Of a stretch of DNA of 64,000 bases, positions 40,417 through 49,972 are shown piece after piece. Source of the DNA: a virus (Duplodnaviria > Caudoviricetes); IMG/VR virus record IMGVR_UViG_3300014204_000188, positions 2,002 through 66,001 of that record. One strand, 5' to 3'. The notes under the pieces were generated by a model that made no database searches, had not been told where the DNA came from, and worked only from the letters and a program-made list of their open reading frames with translations. A program made the translations under genes and the position numbers. Positions within the stretch are counted from its first letter, which is position 1, and each line of letters opens with the position of its first letter.

Positions 40417-41743
40417 TTCTATACTTATTGGCAATTTCTAAACTTGTTTGCTGTAATTGATTTTTAAATAGTACAGATTGTTGTTTATCATGTCTTCTAT
40501 AATAAGCCAAAATACTATTACAATAACCTAATTTATATCCAGCATGTAAACAACGCAGATTGAATTCATACTCCTCTGAATTAGTTAACGTTTCATCAAA
40601 ACCCCCCAACTTATCAAATATCGTTTTTCGATACATTGTTGTTGCACTGTGAATATGATTGTGACTTAACAAATCTTGTATAGATACGTTTTTAACCTGT
40701 GGAATATATACTCGATTAGATCCATTAGACATATGTAATTCTACGGCCATCCCATGAATAAAATCTACATTAAGAGTTTCCAAAACATTAATTGAATCCC
40801 GAATACAATTTTCAGATAACATATCATCATCATGCAAATATTTAACATACTCCCCTTCAACTTGATTCAATACTTTATTAAAATTTTGAGGCCAATTGCC
40901 TTCACCTTGACTAACTAATAACTGTACGTCAGGAGGTACCGAATTAATAGCTTCCTGTAACCACCCACGATCTGTTTTATAAGGAATGATTACAGTTACT
41001 TTTGATTTTCCAATTCTATAAACAGTTTCACCATTGACATATTTCTGCACCCAATCATACAATGTTGCTGCAAATGGAATGCGTGGATTCCCGTGAAAAC
41101 ATACTACAGAAATGTATGATGGTACTTGAGTTAATATTCGTTTACCCTCGACACTTATCTTGAAAGAAGTTATTTTACTGGTGAATTTCTGCCAATAATC
41201 AGTATTCCCTTTCAATACTTCACAAATAAACCCTTGATCCCCTCCTTTGTTATGCATAGCAGTAATAATAGAAACAGGATCCGAATTCCACGCTTCCCAT
41301 ACTTTTTTAATCTTTTCATTCATTGTTGGAAACCACATCATCCCAGATTGTAATCCGTTAGTCGTATCTGGCCGAAAAAATCCACCCAACGTGATAAACT
41401 TATCTATATAATCATCCGGTGGAGGTAGAATGCCCTGTAAATCATGAACTATTGCAGTATCCAAATCCAAATATAAAAACGGACGATACTTTTCCATTCT
41501 TGGATCAAACAAATTCATTTTTGTCCACCACCCTGGCCATGTTTTATTGAACGTTGGGATTAGAGTAACCTCTGATAGACGTGTTTCATTATCTACCTTA
41601 TCGTATAAACAAAGAATTCGTAATTTTCGATTTCCATGATATTGTTTATGTAGATGAGAGCATAATAATTCCACATCTGAAAAATGAAAATCACCTCCAG
41701 ATTTTAAACATAAAACAACAGTATCAAATTCTTGATTATTCAT
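40406..41743 (-). CDS. two-domain glycosyltransferase (GT8-like + GT2)
   Basis: WWTKM.LF, YLDLD, GGDQG, FHGNP; then VIIP, YLHDDD, FDE....EEYEF. Confidence 0.8.
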   Translation of the reverse strand: MNNQEFDTVVLCLKSGGDFHFSDVELLCSHLHKQYHGNRKLRILCLYDKVDNETRLSEVTLIPTFNKTWPGWWTKMNLFDPRMEKYRPFLYLDLDTAIVHDLQGILPPPDDYIDKFITLGGFFRPDTTNGLQSGMMWFPTMNEKIKKVWEAWNSDPVSIITAMHNKGGDQGFICEVLKGNTDYWQKFTSKITSFKISVEGKRILTQVPSYISVVCFHGNPRIPFAATLYDWVQKYVNGETVYRIGKSKVTVIIPYKTDRGWLQEAINSVPPDVQLLVSQGEGNWPQNFNKVLNQVEGEYVKYLHDDDMLSENCIRDSINVLETLNVDFIHGMAVELHMSNGSNRVYIPQVKNVSIQDLLSHNHIHSATTMYRKTIFDKLGGFDETLTNSEEYEFNLRCLHAGYKLGYCNSILAYYRRHDKQQSVLFKNQLQQTSLEIANKYRNER

Positions 41744-41756
41744 GATTATTTCTTTT

Positions 41757-42365
41757 TCAAATATAAAGCATCCCCCAACTTTGTGGTGTTCTATCAGTTA
41801 AAACTCGTTTAAATCCAAATGTAGATAAAAATGAATCTAACTGCTCTACTTGAACACATCCTTTATATACTTGTTCATAATTAATCTCCGTGTATATAAT
41901 ATCAATATGTTTTAATGTTTCTACTGCCCCTTTAAACACCTCCAGTTCATACCCCTGTACATCAATATTAATCATGTTGAATTGAGTCCTATCAAACTGA
42001 ATTTGATCCAACCGCACCATAGTAACCAATTCTTTTGATTCAAACTTAATATCAGGATACTTCTTTAGATGAGTTCCCGGTTCTAAACAACTGCAAGATT
42101 GTCCATTATTAGCAGTTTCAACAAACATGTCAATCTTGGTAAAATGATTTCCTAAAGCGACATTAATAGTACGTATATTATTCGTATGTGGAACAGCCAA
42201 TTGTAATCGACGATAATTTGAAGCTATTGGTTCAAAAAATATCATGTTTTTAATTCCTGATTTATGATAATCACAATATTCTTCTCCCCAGTGTGCTCCA
42301 ACATGAATCACCCCTTGTATCTTCAAATGGTAATCCTCTATTATATCTTTCAATTTGATTAACAT
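41757..42365 (-). CDS. FkbM-family methyltransferase
   Basis: IHVGAH.GE, FEP, NVALG, NIDVQGYELEVFKG. Confidence 0.85.
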   Translation of the reverse strand: MLIKLKDIIEDYHLKIQGVIHVGAHWGEEYCDYHKSGIKNMIFFEPIASNYRRLQLAVPHTNNIRTINVALGNHFTKIDMFVETANNGQSCSCLEPGTHLKKYPDIKFESKELVTMVRLDQIQFDRTQFNMINIDVQGYELEVFKGAVETLKHIDIIYTEINYEQVYKGCVQVEQLDSFLSTFGFKRVLTDRTPQSWGMLYI

Positions 42366-42366
42366 A

Positions 42367-42888
42367 CTACATATCTATTGTTGCGATAAGAATATCCTTT
42401 GGTTCCACTCCAAATACATATCGAATCTTATACTCAGAATTTATTGATAAAATTAACTCTTCAATCTTTTTCTTATCCAAAACTCCCCAACTAGTATTTC
42501 CACCAACTCCTACTGCGCGCATGTCATCAATTATAATCGTATGCGTTTTAATTTCATGTTTAGAAATTATTTCTAATTCTTCCATCATCGGAACAGAAAT
42601 AATTCCAGTAGCAGTATCTCCACCACTGTAATGAGCATCAATCCAAAATGTACATCTCTCATGAATGTCTTTAATCACTTCTGGAAGCATTACTACCGAA
42701 TCACCTAAAACTAACTCAACTCTTGAATCATCTTTAAATCTATCTTTACAAATTCCATAGTAATAAGAAGATAATTCAATCGATATTACCTTGGAAAATC
42801 CAGAATACAATGCTGCCTGAATACCATCTCCCAAATAAGATCCAGTTTCAATAAATACTGGATTTAGATATGGTCTAAAATCATGTTT
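42367..42888 (-). CDS. class I SAM methyltransferase-like protein
   Basis: FIETGSYLGDG, SIELS, GDS, FWIDAH, IIIDD; likely start MKHDF at 42888. Confidence 0.72.
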   Translation of the reverse strand, partial: KHDFRPYLNPVFIETGSYLGDGIQAALYSGFSKVISIELSSYYYGICKDRFKDDSRVELVLGDSVVMLPEVIKDIHERCTFWIDAHYSGGDTATGIISVPMMEELEIISKHEIKTHTIIIDDMRAVGVGGNTSWGVLDKKKIEELILSINSEYKIRYVFGVEPKDILIATIDM

Positions 42889-43664
42889 CATAATGCTTTC
42901 CAATCTTTTGGTAAATGAGCAATTTTTTCTTGAACTCGAAAAGTTCTTTTTGGAGCCCACAGTTTTGGATAAATAACTATTCTTTCTGGTTTTTGATTTA
43001 GAAATGCTGCAAACATTGAAAAACTACTGTTTGCAATTATATGATGAGTACATCTGGACATTAGATCGAAAGATAAATAATCCACTAAATCCACAAATAA
43101 AACTTTTCGATTGAAATACCCTGGAAGAATCATTTGTTTACACCAGACAATATCATCAGAAAATATTAATATATTTCCAGGTATCTGAATAATAGATTCC
43201 AAATAATACCGTAAATTTTGTGTGCAAAATCCAGGAGTATTTAAATAATCCCCTCTACGTACATGTACAGATACCGTACAATTAGTTTCAATAAGTTTTC
43301 TTAATGTTAGATATTCTTTAGTATAAAATATATGCCTTATCTGCAGAATACTCTTAAATCGACTTAAACAAGGCGTATAATAATCTAAATATTGCCAATA
43401 TCCAACGAAATTACAATCCTTCATTTCAAAATATCGTAAACTATACCCTCTTTCATACACTGTTTTTTGAGAAAGAAACTCACTTATTGAAACTTCAATA
43501 TCAAAAACATTCAACCTATATTCCCGATGTATATTACTACTGGAATGATTCTCAAACCAAGATACATCATAAGCTACATTCATACCATGGTTTTCCATTA
43601 TCTGCCCAAAGGCATACTGGAATAATTGATTCCCCAATCCACCCATGATACGAATCACATTCAT
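42888..43664 (-). CDS. GT11 alpha-1,2-fucosyltransferase-like protein
   Basis: GGLGNQLFQYA, VHVRRGDY, FSDD, IIANSSFS..AA.L. Confidence 0.88.
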   Translation of the reverse strand: MNVIRIMGGLGNQLFQYAFGQIMENHGMNVAYDVSWFENHSSSNIHREYRLNVFDIEVSISEFLSQKTVYERGYSLRYFEMKDCNFVGYWQYLDYYTPCLSRFKSILQIRHIFYTKEYLTLRKLIETNCTVSVHVRRGDYLNTPGFCTQNLRYYLESIIQIPGNILIFSDDIVWCKQMILPGYFNRKVLFVDLVDYLSFDLMSRCTHHIIANSSFSMFAAFLNQKPERIVIYPKLWAPKRTFRVQEKIAHLPKDWKAL

Positions 43665-43764
43665 TACTTTTTTCCTCCAAAGAAATTATCTAAATACCGT
43701 TTTAGAATTACAACAGATATAATCCAAACAACTGCTATAATTGCAAATATTATTTCCATTGTTT

Positions 43765-44445
43765 TCATAACTTAATATCTTGAAATGCCATCTTTGGAAA
43801 ACATGTTAAAGCACTTTCTGGATTAGCATTAATCACTTCTACCTTATTGATTAAAGCAGACGCTATCTTTGGAAATCCATTCATAAACGAATCGAACACA
43901 GAATTAACCACTTTAACAGGAGTAGTATAATATTTATGCCAATGTTGATTATTCTGTTCATCAAGTTTCATATCAAATCCTAATAAGATAATTCTTGTTG
44001 CTCCAAACAATACAGCAAGATTAATCGCAGCAGCCCCACTATTTCCATGCCAACAAAGTGCTGTTGGATCCCAACTAATACCACGATTATTAGTTTGATC
44101 TCTTTTCAATATATGTACTAATCCGGAACATTCTGGATTTCTATCAGCACATGATATTCGTAATCCTTTCCATGCTAAAATATCAGAATAAAACCGTTTT
44201 ATAAATCCTGAATCTCCAAAAAACAATACATCACTTAATTCACTTATCTTAAAAGACATATTAACGGCAATAACATGCCTCATAAAAACAGACTCCATAT
44301 AAGAAGCATAAACATCTGGACCTTGTTTTCCTGCTATCACAGATGCAATAACCGATTCAGGCACCTTGAATTGCCGCGGCATAGATATACCCCCTCCAAG
44401 TATAATGCAAGTCTCCCCGGGCCATATTCTTGGAACTGTCCACAT
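43765..44445 (-). CDS. Maf/DUF115-like (GT29-related fold) protein
   Basis: IILGGG.S, IAVN, NSG..AINLA..GA..IILLGFD. Confidence 0.6.
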   Translation of the reverse strand: MWTVPRIWPGETCIILGGGISMPRQFKVPESVIASVIAGKQGPDVYASYMESVFMRHVIAVNMSFKISELSDVLFFGDSGFIKRFYSDILAWKGLRISCADRNPECSGLVHILKRDQTNNRGISWDPTALCWHGNSGAAAINLAVLFGATRIILLGFDMKLDEQNNQHWHKYYTTPVKVVNSVFDSFMNGFPKIASALINKVEVINANPESALTCFPKMAFQDIKL

Positions 44446-44450
44446 AATTT

Positions 44451-44906
44451 CTATACATTTACTGCAGATTGTAAAGCAATCGCAGATTCATAAGTTAATG
44501 GGACTTCATTTAATGCCTTCTTAGAAGCAGCATTTACTACAAACCATTTACCAGATTCTTTTTCCAATAATTCAAATATTACTTCCTTCACATCATATAC
44601 TTTCTTCGGAAGTTCTGCAGCTTTCTGAACAATTGGTGAATCAATGCATTGAAGTAAATCTTTAAACGCCTCTGGAATATCTTCTGGGTACGATTGAAAC
44701 CGTTCATTTGGTTTGATAATTCGCCCTTGAAACCGCAAACTACCCCCACCCAATTTTCGATACCACAATTTCTTACGAACAGGAATTACCAAGTCCGTTT
44801 CTGATTCTGCCGATTTTAAAACTTTTTCAGAAACAGGATTTATAGTTGAAACAACTTTCAAATCTTTTCCTGGTAAAGGTTCTATAGATACTTTCTTTCT
44901 TTCCAT
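44451..44906 (-). CDS. hypothetical head-region protein
   Basis: Directly downstream of the major capsid gene. Confidence 0.6.
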   Translation of the reverse strand: MERKKVSIEPLPGKDLKVVSTINPVSEKVLKSAESETDLVIPVRKKLWYRKLGGGSLRFQGRIIKPNERFQSYPEDIPEAFKDLLQCIDSPIVQKAAELPKKVYDVKEVIFELLEKESGKWFVVNAASKKALNEVPLTYESAIALQSAVNV

Positions 44907-44917
44907 GTCTTTAGAAT

Positions 44918-44938
44918 AAAAATCCTTGATTAGGATTA
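44918..44938 (-). terminator. 21-bp hairpin motif after the major capsid gene
   Basis: Identical to 37583-37603; AATCCT/AGGATT stem plus T-run. Confidence 0.55.
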
Positions 44939-44954
44939 TTTATCAATTTGAATG

Positions 44955-46046
44955 CTACGCGATAAATGTAGCATGAGTAATTCCTGAATGACCTTCCTGA
45001 TCGGAACGCATTTGAGGAACCTGAATAGTCAGTACTTTGTACTTAGTGACAAAATTGCCTTCTTCCCCCCAGGATACATTTTGTAAACCCATACCACGCA
45101 CCAAACGAACGGTATCCGTAGTCATCTGAACTAACAAAATGTTATCAGCTGGAAGTTTATCAGCAATCTTAATCGCACTAATACCATTGATTTCCAAAAT
45201 ACGAGCCCGGATTGTTCCACCACGGTAATCGTTATAATCTTCATCAATGATTGTTTCATAAGCAGTTGGAATATACAGAATAAACGGTCCGTAATGCTTA
45301 GCAGCAATACTGGCAGCCTTCATAGCAGCTACATCTTTCACAATCTGCTTTCCAGTAACCCCTGAATTACTCCATTTAGAGTCCAAAGGTACCAAATTCC
45401 GATGTGGATAATTAATATAACTGTAAATGATTCCGTTTCCAAACTTATACATATTTGCTGTTGGGGTGAACAACAAACTTTCCAAATACTCGGCAACTGC
45501 CAAACCAGCCAAAGCAGCTGAAGTGGTATCCAATGGATTTCCCAAATTTCTACTCGTAGAAAGAACCCGGGCATTAATCTCATAATCGCTATGGATTATA
45601 GGGATTGGCAAATAATGACTTCCGAATTCCGGACGATCATTCTTCCCTCTGGTCACACCATCCATAGTCATTACTGCTTCCATAGCGTTACTAATATCCT
45701 GAGTTTCCAGAACAGTAGTTCCCATTCCATTCCCAAGATTGTAGACCAGGTTCTTATCAATCAGATCTTGAATGGCCACCAAACGTTCCCGGGCAACCGG
45801 AATTAATGCTTCGTCCAATTGAATCCATTCATCTCGCCGTAAAGTGGCATTAGTCACTAATTGGCTTTGATAACTATCTTCCGATCCCCGATCCCCATGA
45901 CCGGAATACGTGGAAATGTAACACTTACCATCTTCATCAATGAATGGGCGTAATACACCAGTATCCATATTCTGAGTTAACAGTTTTGCAACAGAACCCT
46001 GACCAGCACCACCAAGACCGATAATATCCATACTTACATTTGCCAT
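44955..46046 (-). CDS. major capsid protein (HK97 fold, linocin/encapsulin-like group)
   Basis: 363 aa; LRRDEWIQLDEA, PIPIIHSDY; strong SD; follows scaffold/protease and cement genes. Confidence 0.82.
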   Translation of the reverse strand: MANVSMDIIGLGGAGQGSVAKLLTQNMDTGVLRPFIDEDGKCYISTYSGHGDRGSEDSYQSQLVTNATLRRDEWIQLDEALIPVARERLVAIQDLIDKNLVYNLGNGMGTTVLETQDISNAMEAVMTMDGVTRGKNDRPEFGSHYLPIPIIHSDYEINARVLSTSRNLGNPLDTTSAALAGLAVAEYLESLLFTPTANMYKFGNGIIYSYINYPHRNLVPLDSKWSNSGVTGKQIVKDVAAMKAASIAAKHYGPFILYIPTAYETIIDEDYNDYRGGTIRARILEINGISAIKIADKLPADNILLVQMTTDTVRLVRGMGLQNVSWGEEGNFVTKYKVLTIQVPQMRSDQEGHSGITHATFIA

Positions 46047-46072
46047 AATAAACCTCCTTTCTTTTTCTTAAA

Positions 46073-46531
46073 TTAAACAATACGAATTGCAATTCTACCT
46101 GTAGGATCTGCTCCCGATGAATCGGTCATATCCACTTCTTCAATGGCTTGACCAACTATCTGAAGACCAACATTTGTAACAGATCCACTATCTGGTACAT
46201 GAACTTGTAAAGTCCCATCACCAGCAGACTCAAGGAATGACCCAATGTATGCGTGTTCCCCGTTTTTCAAAATAGCCAGAACCTCTTCCCCCGGAACAGG
46301 CATCCAGCATTGTACTGGATAAGTAGCTACATAAGCATCGTCAATACCTTTGCCCCATAATTCATCTTCCAGAGCAAAGATTTTTGCCGCTTTTCCACCA
46401 GCAGTAGAATGTACTTGTACAGTTTCACTACTAGTTAACTCAATAAGATGTCCCGGAGTAATTGCGGCAGCTGCCTTATACTCATTAGTAATATTGACAT
46501 ACTTTTTGAGCTTAATTGTGTGCTTTGCCAT
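46073..46531 (-). CDS. head decoration/cement protein
   Basis: Small beta-rich ORF (ITPGHLIEL) between the protease and MCP. Confidence 0.65.
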   Translation of the reverse strand: MAKHTIKLKKYVNITNEYKAAAAITPGHLIELTSSETVQVHSTAGGKAAKIFALEDELWGKGIDDAYVATYPVQCWMPVPGEEVLAILKNGEHAYIGSFLESAGDGTLQVHVPDSGSVTNVGLQIVGQAIEEVDMTDSSGADPTGRIAIRIV

Positions 46532-46561
46532 AACTTCTATTTTTTAAATTAATCATTTCAA

Positions 46562-48073
46562 TTATTTCGCACTAGTAGCCGTAACTCCTACTGGCAGTAA
46601 CGGCCGTACTTTCTTATCAGAATTAACCTGTAAAATCCTTCCTGCACCTTGACCAACATAATTTTCCTGAGGTTTAAACTGTTTTGAGAGCTTTTCCAGC
46701 ATATCTGTATCCTGAAGTTGAAGTTCAGCCTCAGTCCAAACACCTGGTTGTGAATTAGTCAAAATTGCTTGTACTAATTCAGATCTATGTTCCTTATGCA
46801 ATACTAATCCAGAACGAAATTGGTCACGCAATTCTGCGGGAACCGTTTCCAAAAATTCTTCTGGTGTATTGTATTTCTTAGTCTGAGCATTTACTACCGG
46901 AGCAGTTACTGACGGTACGATAGGTGCCTGGGCAGGTGCTGCCGGTGGAACTACAGCAGGAGCTGTATCCTCTGGTTGTAACTTGTCCAGTTGCTCTGCA
47001 GATAAAGTCATTAACCATGCCTCATCTTCGCCAGTAAATTTAGTGGCCTTATTGTTAATCAAAGCAACCACTTTTTCCAGGCAACAAGGCTTTTTTGTTT
47101 CATTTGCCATGTCTTTTGTTTTTGAATTGTTAAAAATTGTCCGACGAACACCACTGGTGTTATTTACTTGAGTGTAACTTACATTACGAGTAACTTTAAT
47201 TGGATTGCCTTGAAATTCTACATTCCCTTCTGAATCCAATTGATAAGACTGCCGGAAATAACCAATTGAATTATCTCCAGTCTTGTTCCGTACACGGATA
47301 ATCAAAAAGTCATCATACATCTCTTCAAGCATGTGATAGCTCATTGCATTATCCATAGAATCAAGTTTACTACGAACTTGCTCTAACATTGTTATATAAC
47401 CCTGCTGATTATCCAACAATGCCTGTTGAGCTAATGAATCGTATGCCTCTTGCTTCTGCAGTAAGATTTCTTCTTCATTCATTTCATTGTCATCAGTTTT
47501 ATTTGTTTTTAAACTATTACGCACTCCACAACCAGCATTCCAAGAACAGGCACCTATCTCGTCGGGCAGAAGAGCCAGATGATCTGGTCTTAGATTAACT
47601 GCTATTGCTTTGTATCTTTTATTATTATATATCCCACCTGTTTTTATTTCCCCAGTAAAACAACCTGTACTAACCTCCAAAGGTTGTCCAGCTTTAACAA
47701 TAGCTAACGTCTTAGTAGAAATATTCTGAAGTTTTAGTTCATCTAACCAGGCTTCTGCTTTTAATGACCCGTTTACAATCTGCGTATTCTGCACTATACC
47801 TACTGAATTTACCAATACTTCAGGAACAGTAGCACTCACATCTACCCCATTTACTTGTGGGTGACTTATCATGATGGGAATATTATTCCAGCCTTGCGGA
47901 TTTTTACTTAACTCAGCTGCAGTATGTAACAAAGGACCACGACTTCCAGTATGAACACCGGGTACCATCATTACCACTGGCACTACCAAGTATTTTCTAC
48001 CTTGATGCATCTTATACTGCACAGTATATGGTGTAGATGGATTAACATATGTTATTAGATTACTAGTTTCCAT
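46562..48073 (-). CDS. DUF2213-like prohead protease/scaffold
   Basis: VPVVMMVPGV, HP, EVSTG, DHLALL..GACS..GCG; low-complexity C-terminal scaffold. Confidence 0.75.
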   Translation of the reverse strand: METSNLITYVNPSTPYTVQYKMHQGRKYLVVPVVMMVPGVHTGSRGPLLHTAAELSKNPQGWNNIPIMISHPQVNGVDVSATVPEVLVNSVGIVQNTQIVNGSLKAEAWLDELKLQNISTKTLAIVKAGQPLEVSTGCFTGEIKTGGIYNNKRYKAIAVNLRPDHLALLPDEIGACSWNAGCGVRNSLKTNKTDDNEMNEEEILLQKQEAYDSLAQQALLDNQQGYITMLEQVRSKLDSMDNAMSYHMLEEMYDDFLIIRVRNKTGDNSIGYFRQSYQLDSEGNVEFQGNPIKVTRNVSYTQVNNTSGVRRTIFNNSKTKDMANETKKPCCLEKVVALINNKATKFTGEDEAWLMTLSAEQLDKLQPEDTAPAVVPPAAPAQAPIVPSVTAPVVNAQTKKYNTPEEFLETVPAELRDQFRSGLVLHKEHRSELVQAILTNSQPGVWTEAELQLQDTDMLEKLSKQFKPQENYVGQGAGRILQVNSDKKVRPLLPVGVTATSAK

Positions 48074-48234
48074 GGTTTATTTTATTAACCGTTTCATAGC
48101 TTCTAGAAACTGAGCGTATGTTTTAATCGTACCTTTATGTATCTTATCCCGTAAAGCTAACTGATCCTGTACAGACAAATTGATAAACATTGAATTCAAT
48201 GTCATCTGACCTATTTTTCTACTATCTTCTGCTG

Positions 48235-49971
48235 TCATTTTAATACGTTTAATGCGGTTCTATTTAAAACAATATAGAATGTACCATTGTTTACTTCGAC
48301 GTTTGGTATTCGTATAACGTCATACCCTTTTAACATGGCAAACCTACCTGGATCCTTCAGCATTACTTCCAAACGTGACCAGTTACCTACTTCTACCTCT
48401 GTCAAAACACCGTTTTTTACAGCTGCTGTCAGTTTTGAATATGACGCCGGCCCTTCTTGATTAGCCAGTTCTTCCCAAACCATCTTATTTATATCATTAT
48501 AATCAATAATCCTTACTCCTTTCTTTAACTTAAACTGAATTACATTATCTTTGTTTTTCAAAGCATAATCTTCCGCTGTCCTAAAAGCCCATCCAGGATC
48601 CCCTCCTGCTACTGCGTACATGCCACTACCAAACATACCTGTTCCTCCAAAATATTCCCCTGTCTTAAACTGAGTAACAAATTCGCTTTTACATGTACCT
48701 CGGTATATAATATCCCCTTCCAGTTTGTCAAATTCCGCCTTACTAAATAATGTCGGTTTCTTATCAAATCCCTGTAATTTTGCTAATTTTTCTAACCAAC
48801 CATCTGCTCTTGTTTGAGAAGATCCCTCAGTCAAAACAAATCTATCTAATGGGTTTGATAAGATCTCTAATATATCTTTATCCTTTGTTATATCTATATT
48901 GGATCGATCTACTCCCGTACTTTTCCATTCCACCGTCCCAATCCCCTCTTCCAACGGAGTATTATCCACCTTAGTCCCCTCAGGCATTGTTGGGAGCGCA
49001 ATACAGCGACATTGCGGGTGAACTGGTATAAGGTTCTCTATCTCATCCAAAGTATAGATTTTACCCTGTAAACTAGCACATTTTGGACACACCCTTCCAT
49101 CCCCAGCAGTAGCAAACTCAGCCTGTACTCTAACTCCAGCAACAGCATAATTACGATACTCTTGTATGGTAGCAGCGTGATGGGCCCGGATAACCTCCGT
49201 ACGTGCTATAATTTCGGCCCGGCGTTTGGCAGGGATAAACCGACCTAACTTATCCGTAATGCCTAATTCGCCTGTAGGACCCTGAATTGTATTTACTAGT
49301 TTACGAGCCATGTCCCGAGGCCCATCACCATCTGCCATGCCTTGTGCCAAAATACGACTAAGTTGACTATCCATTGAAGCAGTCACACCCTTCAATTCCT
49401 GGAAAGTTCGAGTATATAATAACCCCACCCGATCCATGTGCATTGGTAAATTCATAGAAGCTTGAATTCCACCAGTCTTTTCTAACGAGGGTATTGGAAA
49501 TCCAGCCTTTTTCATCTCGTATCGAGCACGTATAACTCCACGTTTATACGTATCTTCAATATATTTATCCGTCCAGGCCTGGTTTGCTGCCTCACCTAAC
49601 TGCCTCACCTGACGCACCTGAAGTATGCCTTTATCTGATTGTTCTTTAATCCAATCCATAAACGCAGTCACCTTATCCTGACTGGTCATGAACTGAAATG
49701 CTTTTGGTCCAGGTAATCCCATGTCCTTACGCCCACCTGATGAAACAGCATACGTAGTAATCTGTTCTTGTTTAACCAAACCAAAACAATCTTGATCCAC
49801 TATCGCCTGACGAATTAACTTACATAAATCAACAAACCGCCTATCCAGATCATGTACAAAAGCATTACTAATAGATGCCGTACGAGTAGGATCATATCTA
49901 TTCAATCCATTTACTACTAACATCTCAGTAGTATGCGTATGAGTACAAATATGTTGTGCAGCAGTTTCCAT
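48235..49971 (-). CDS. MuF (SPP1 gp7-like) minor head protein with ADP-ribosyltransferase-like C-terminal extension
   Basis: RAEIIARTE, VCPKC, PVHPQCRC; then IYRG, FGSGMY, GYDVI, YIVLNR. Confidence 0.75.
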   Translation of the reverse strand: METAAQHICTHTHTTEMLVVNGLNRYDPTRTASISNAFVHDLDRRFVDLCKLIRQAIVDQDCFGLVKQEQITTYAVSSGGRKDMGLPGPKAFQFMTSQDKVTAFMDWIKEQSDKGILQVRQVRQLGEAANQAWTDKYIEDTYKRGVIRARYEMKKAGFPIPSLEKTGGIQASMNLPMHMDRVGLLYTRTFQELKGVTASMDSQLSRILAQGMADGDGPRDMARKLVNTIQGPTGELGITDKLGRFIPAKRRAEIIARTEVIRAHHAATIQEYRNYAVAGVRVQAEFATAGDGRVCPKCASLQGKIYTLDEIENLIPVHPQCRCIALPTMPEGTKVDNTPLEEGIGTVEWKSTGVDRSNIDITKDKDILEILSNPLDRFVLTEGSSQTRADGWLEKLAKLQGFDKKPTLFSKAEFDKLEGDIIYRGTCKSEFVTQFKTGEYFGGTGMFGSGMYAVAGGDPGWAFRTAEDYALKNKDNVIQFKLKKGVRIIDYNDINKMVWEELANQEGPASYSKLTAAVKNGVLTEVEVGNWSRLEVMLKDPGRFAMLKGYDVIRIPNVEVNNGTFYIVLNRTALNVLK

Positions 49972-49972
49972 A

